Source: Gekko japonicus
Taxonomy: Eukaryota
Assembly (NCBI RefSeq): GCF_001447785.1
Contig: NW_015175975.1
Span: forward strand, 798,142-862,141
Reading direction: 5' to 3'
Length of the DNA: 64,000 nt
This document shows positions 61,917 through 64,000 of the stretch, piece after piece. A model generated the notes under the pieces. That model was given only the letters and a program-made list of their open reading frames with translations, had not been told where the DNA came from and did no database searches. Position 1 is the first letter of the stretch. Each line of letters begins with the position of its first letter. A program made the position numbers and the translations under genes.

Positions 61917-64000
61917 AAAGGGAGAGGCTACATCTACAGTCCTAAGTAACACCACTGCAACCAAACCCCCTGTATGTTCACACAGATGGAGTAGGAAAGA
62001 ACAGGGCAGCTACTATAGCTTTTAAAGTAAGTACTCAAGAACTACCACTGGTTTTAACGGGTAAGCATGCATGGGACTGGGTTTTGAGATTCATAGAACT
62101 CTCAGTCTGAGAAGAATTCCATTATGTAAACAAGATGGAACATTTGCCTTTCCCCGGGATAATGAAGGTCAGTACAGAAGCACAAAAACAAAGATAGTAG
62201 GTTCTCCAGCCTTCTTGACCCTGCAAGCACTTCTGACATTGAGAAAGGGTAGTGGGTATTGCTACAAGATGACTGCCACAGAGGCAGGGCCAATCACAGA
62301 ATGACCCACATGGGTACATTTCTCTTGCAAAAAATTAAAAATAAATCAGTGCAGCAAGCAACAGTGCTTCTTTCATCCACCCTAGTCAGGGTCAGGCATA
62401 CCACAGTCCAAGGAGTGAACCATATTACTGTGCATGGCTGGTAGACAGTATTTACATGCAGGTGCTCCAAACAGTTGCTCATCTGCTCAAAAAAACCCAA
62501 AACCAACCAAACAAAAAACAACCATAATCAGTTATGGGGGCAGAACACAATTAAGAGGGGAGCCAGTACCACACTGAATTTCACTGAATGTTGAGAAGTG
62601 GTGGAGGAATGATTCTGGGAAAGTTTGGGGAACAAGTTTGGTAAGGTGCCTCTATCCAGGAATTGACTTGAGGACTAGAGCCTAGAAGCCCCTTCCTTTC
62701 ATGAGGTAAGGACGGGTGCAAATCACTACCCTACCAATACATCAAGGCAAACTATGGGTTGTGTACAGTTCTTTGTCTTTAAAACTATAAATATGACTAG
62801 TACTTCCCCCTACCCGATCCGTTATCCTCAATATGCGTTGGCAGATCACAAGATATAGGAAAAGAGGGGGGAGGGATCAGAAATGCAAGAGCAGAGACTA
62901 CCCAACCTACAGCCCAGGTTAGATCAAATACTGTCTCTTGAGCAGCTTCAGCAGTCAGCTGGCTCAGAGCTAATTTTGGTAACCAAGAGACCCTCCTTAA
63001 AATGCCCCCGGAAAAGCCAATGTGCACAGCATAAACAAGCATAATAAAATGTTGTCTTGTGAATTAAGCTTCTGCACATCACTTGAGGGGAGGCAAATAC
63101 CATCAAGTTATTTTATGCACCATCATCCGTTAGTAAACTCTAAAGGCAATAATTTGTAGCTCAAGAAGCTACCTCTCATCTGGATGCACACAGAGGACCC
63201 TCTTTCAGCAGCCGCCGCCAATTCACACAGACTTGAAAGGTGAAGCCACCTCATTACAATTCTAAATCCCGGCTGCACAACATGTTTTATTCATTTATCC
63301 ACTGCAGTTTGCAGAGCATCTACTGTAGCCTGCCTGTCCACAAATACTTCCATCTTTCTCTTAAGAGAATTGCAGTGAATTCCGAAACTGTCTTCAGGCC
63401 ACGCACATCATTCCTACCAACAGCCTTTGGGTTGTTTTGCTTACGGCTCTCATTTTTTAACTAGCCATTCACCTCATCTATAGGGCTGTCAAACTCCCAT
63501 TTATTCAGCTGGTGAGTACAGTCTGCAGATGGGAAAGGCTGGTGAAGAGAGCAGATTGATTAGGCTAGCGGTTTCTTCTCAATGCCAATCCCACCATACT
63601 TCACCCCCAGCAAGGCCCATTCACGCATGGCTCACCTGCAATGAGCAGCAATTGCTAGGAAGAAAGGAATTAGGGCAGTCTCTCATCTTCCTTTTTGCCA
63701 TCACTCAACAAGGATTTGTACTCATCCTTGGAAGCTTTTAATTGTATGGTCAGAGAGAGAGAGAGAGAGAAACCATGTCGGACCAATTCAGACAAAAATT
63801 AACAATTCTTCTTTCTTTTTTAATGAATAAGGTATGCCTTTATGGTCTCCTGGCAACATATCATTCAGTCCCTTTGACCCTACTCTTGTTTTAGAAAGAG
63901 ACAGAAAACATTTCCGGACTTACCCACCCCATAGCCTTCCTTCTGTGCAGAGTAGCTATCTTTACGTGTGTTTTTATGCACACACACCCCTAGATTACAT

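Overview
Eukaryotic (squamate reptile, most likely gecko) genomic DNA, almost entirely intronic. The only host gene I can support is the tetraspanin CD82 (KAI1) on the minus strand. Five coding exons (41725-41663, 26013-25941, 20003-19879, 18529-18455, 3735-3628) splice in frame with canonical GT-AG sites and encode the N-terminus, TM1-TM3 and the start of the large extracellular loop. The remaining exons lie left of the window. The introns are dense with transposon relics: CR1, L2 and L1 LINE fragments, Sauria, Squam3-like, 5S-derived and tRNA/CR1-type SINEs, several hAT MITE families with 8-bp TSDs (some nested), solo LTRs and a Penelope-like remnant. There is one assembly gap (12327-12682). 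Most notable: (1) two inverted copies of a composite, Helitron-like element carrying a SINE at the same internal position, one copy with two stacked 3' ends; (2) an orphan CpG island with a strong splice donor inside the first coding intron of CD82; (3) young inverted repeats bracketing phase-0 exon blocks (circRNA candidates). Family names come from recognition by eye and need a database check.
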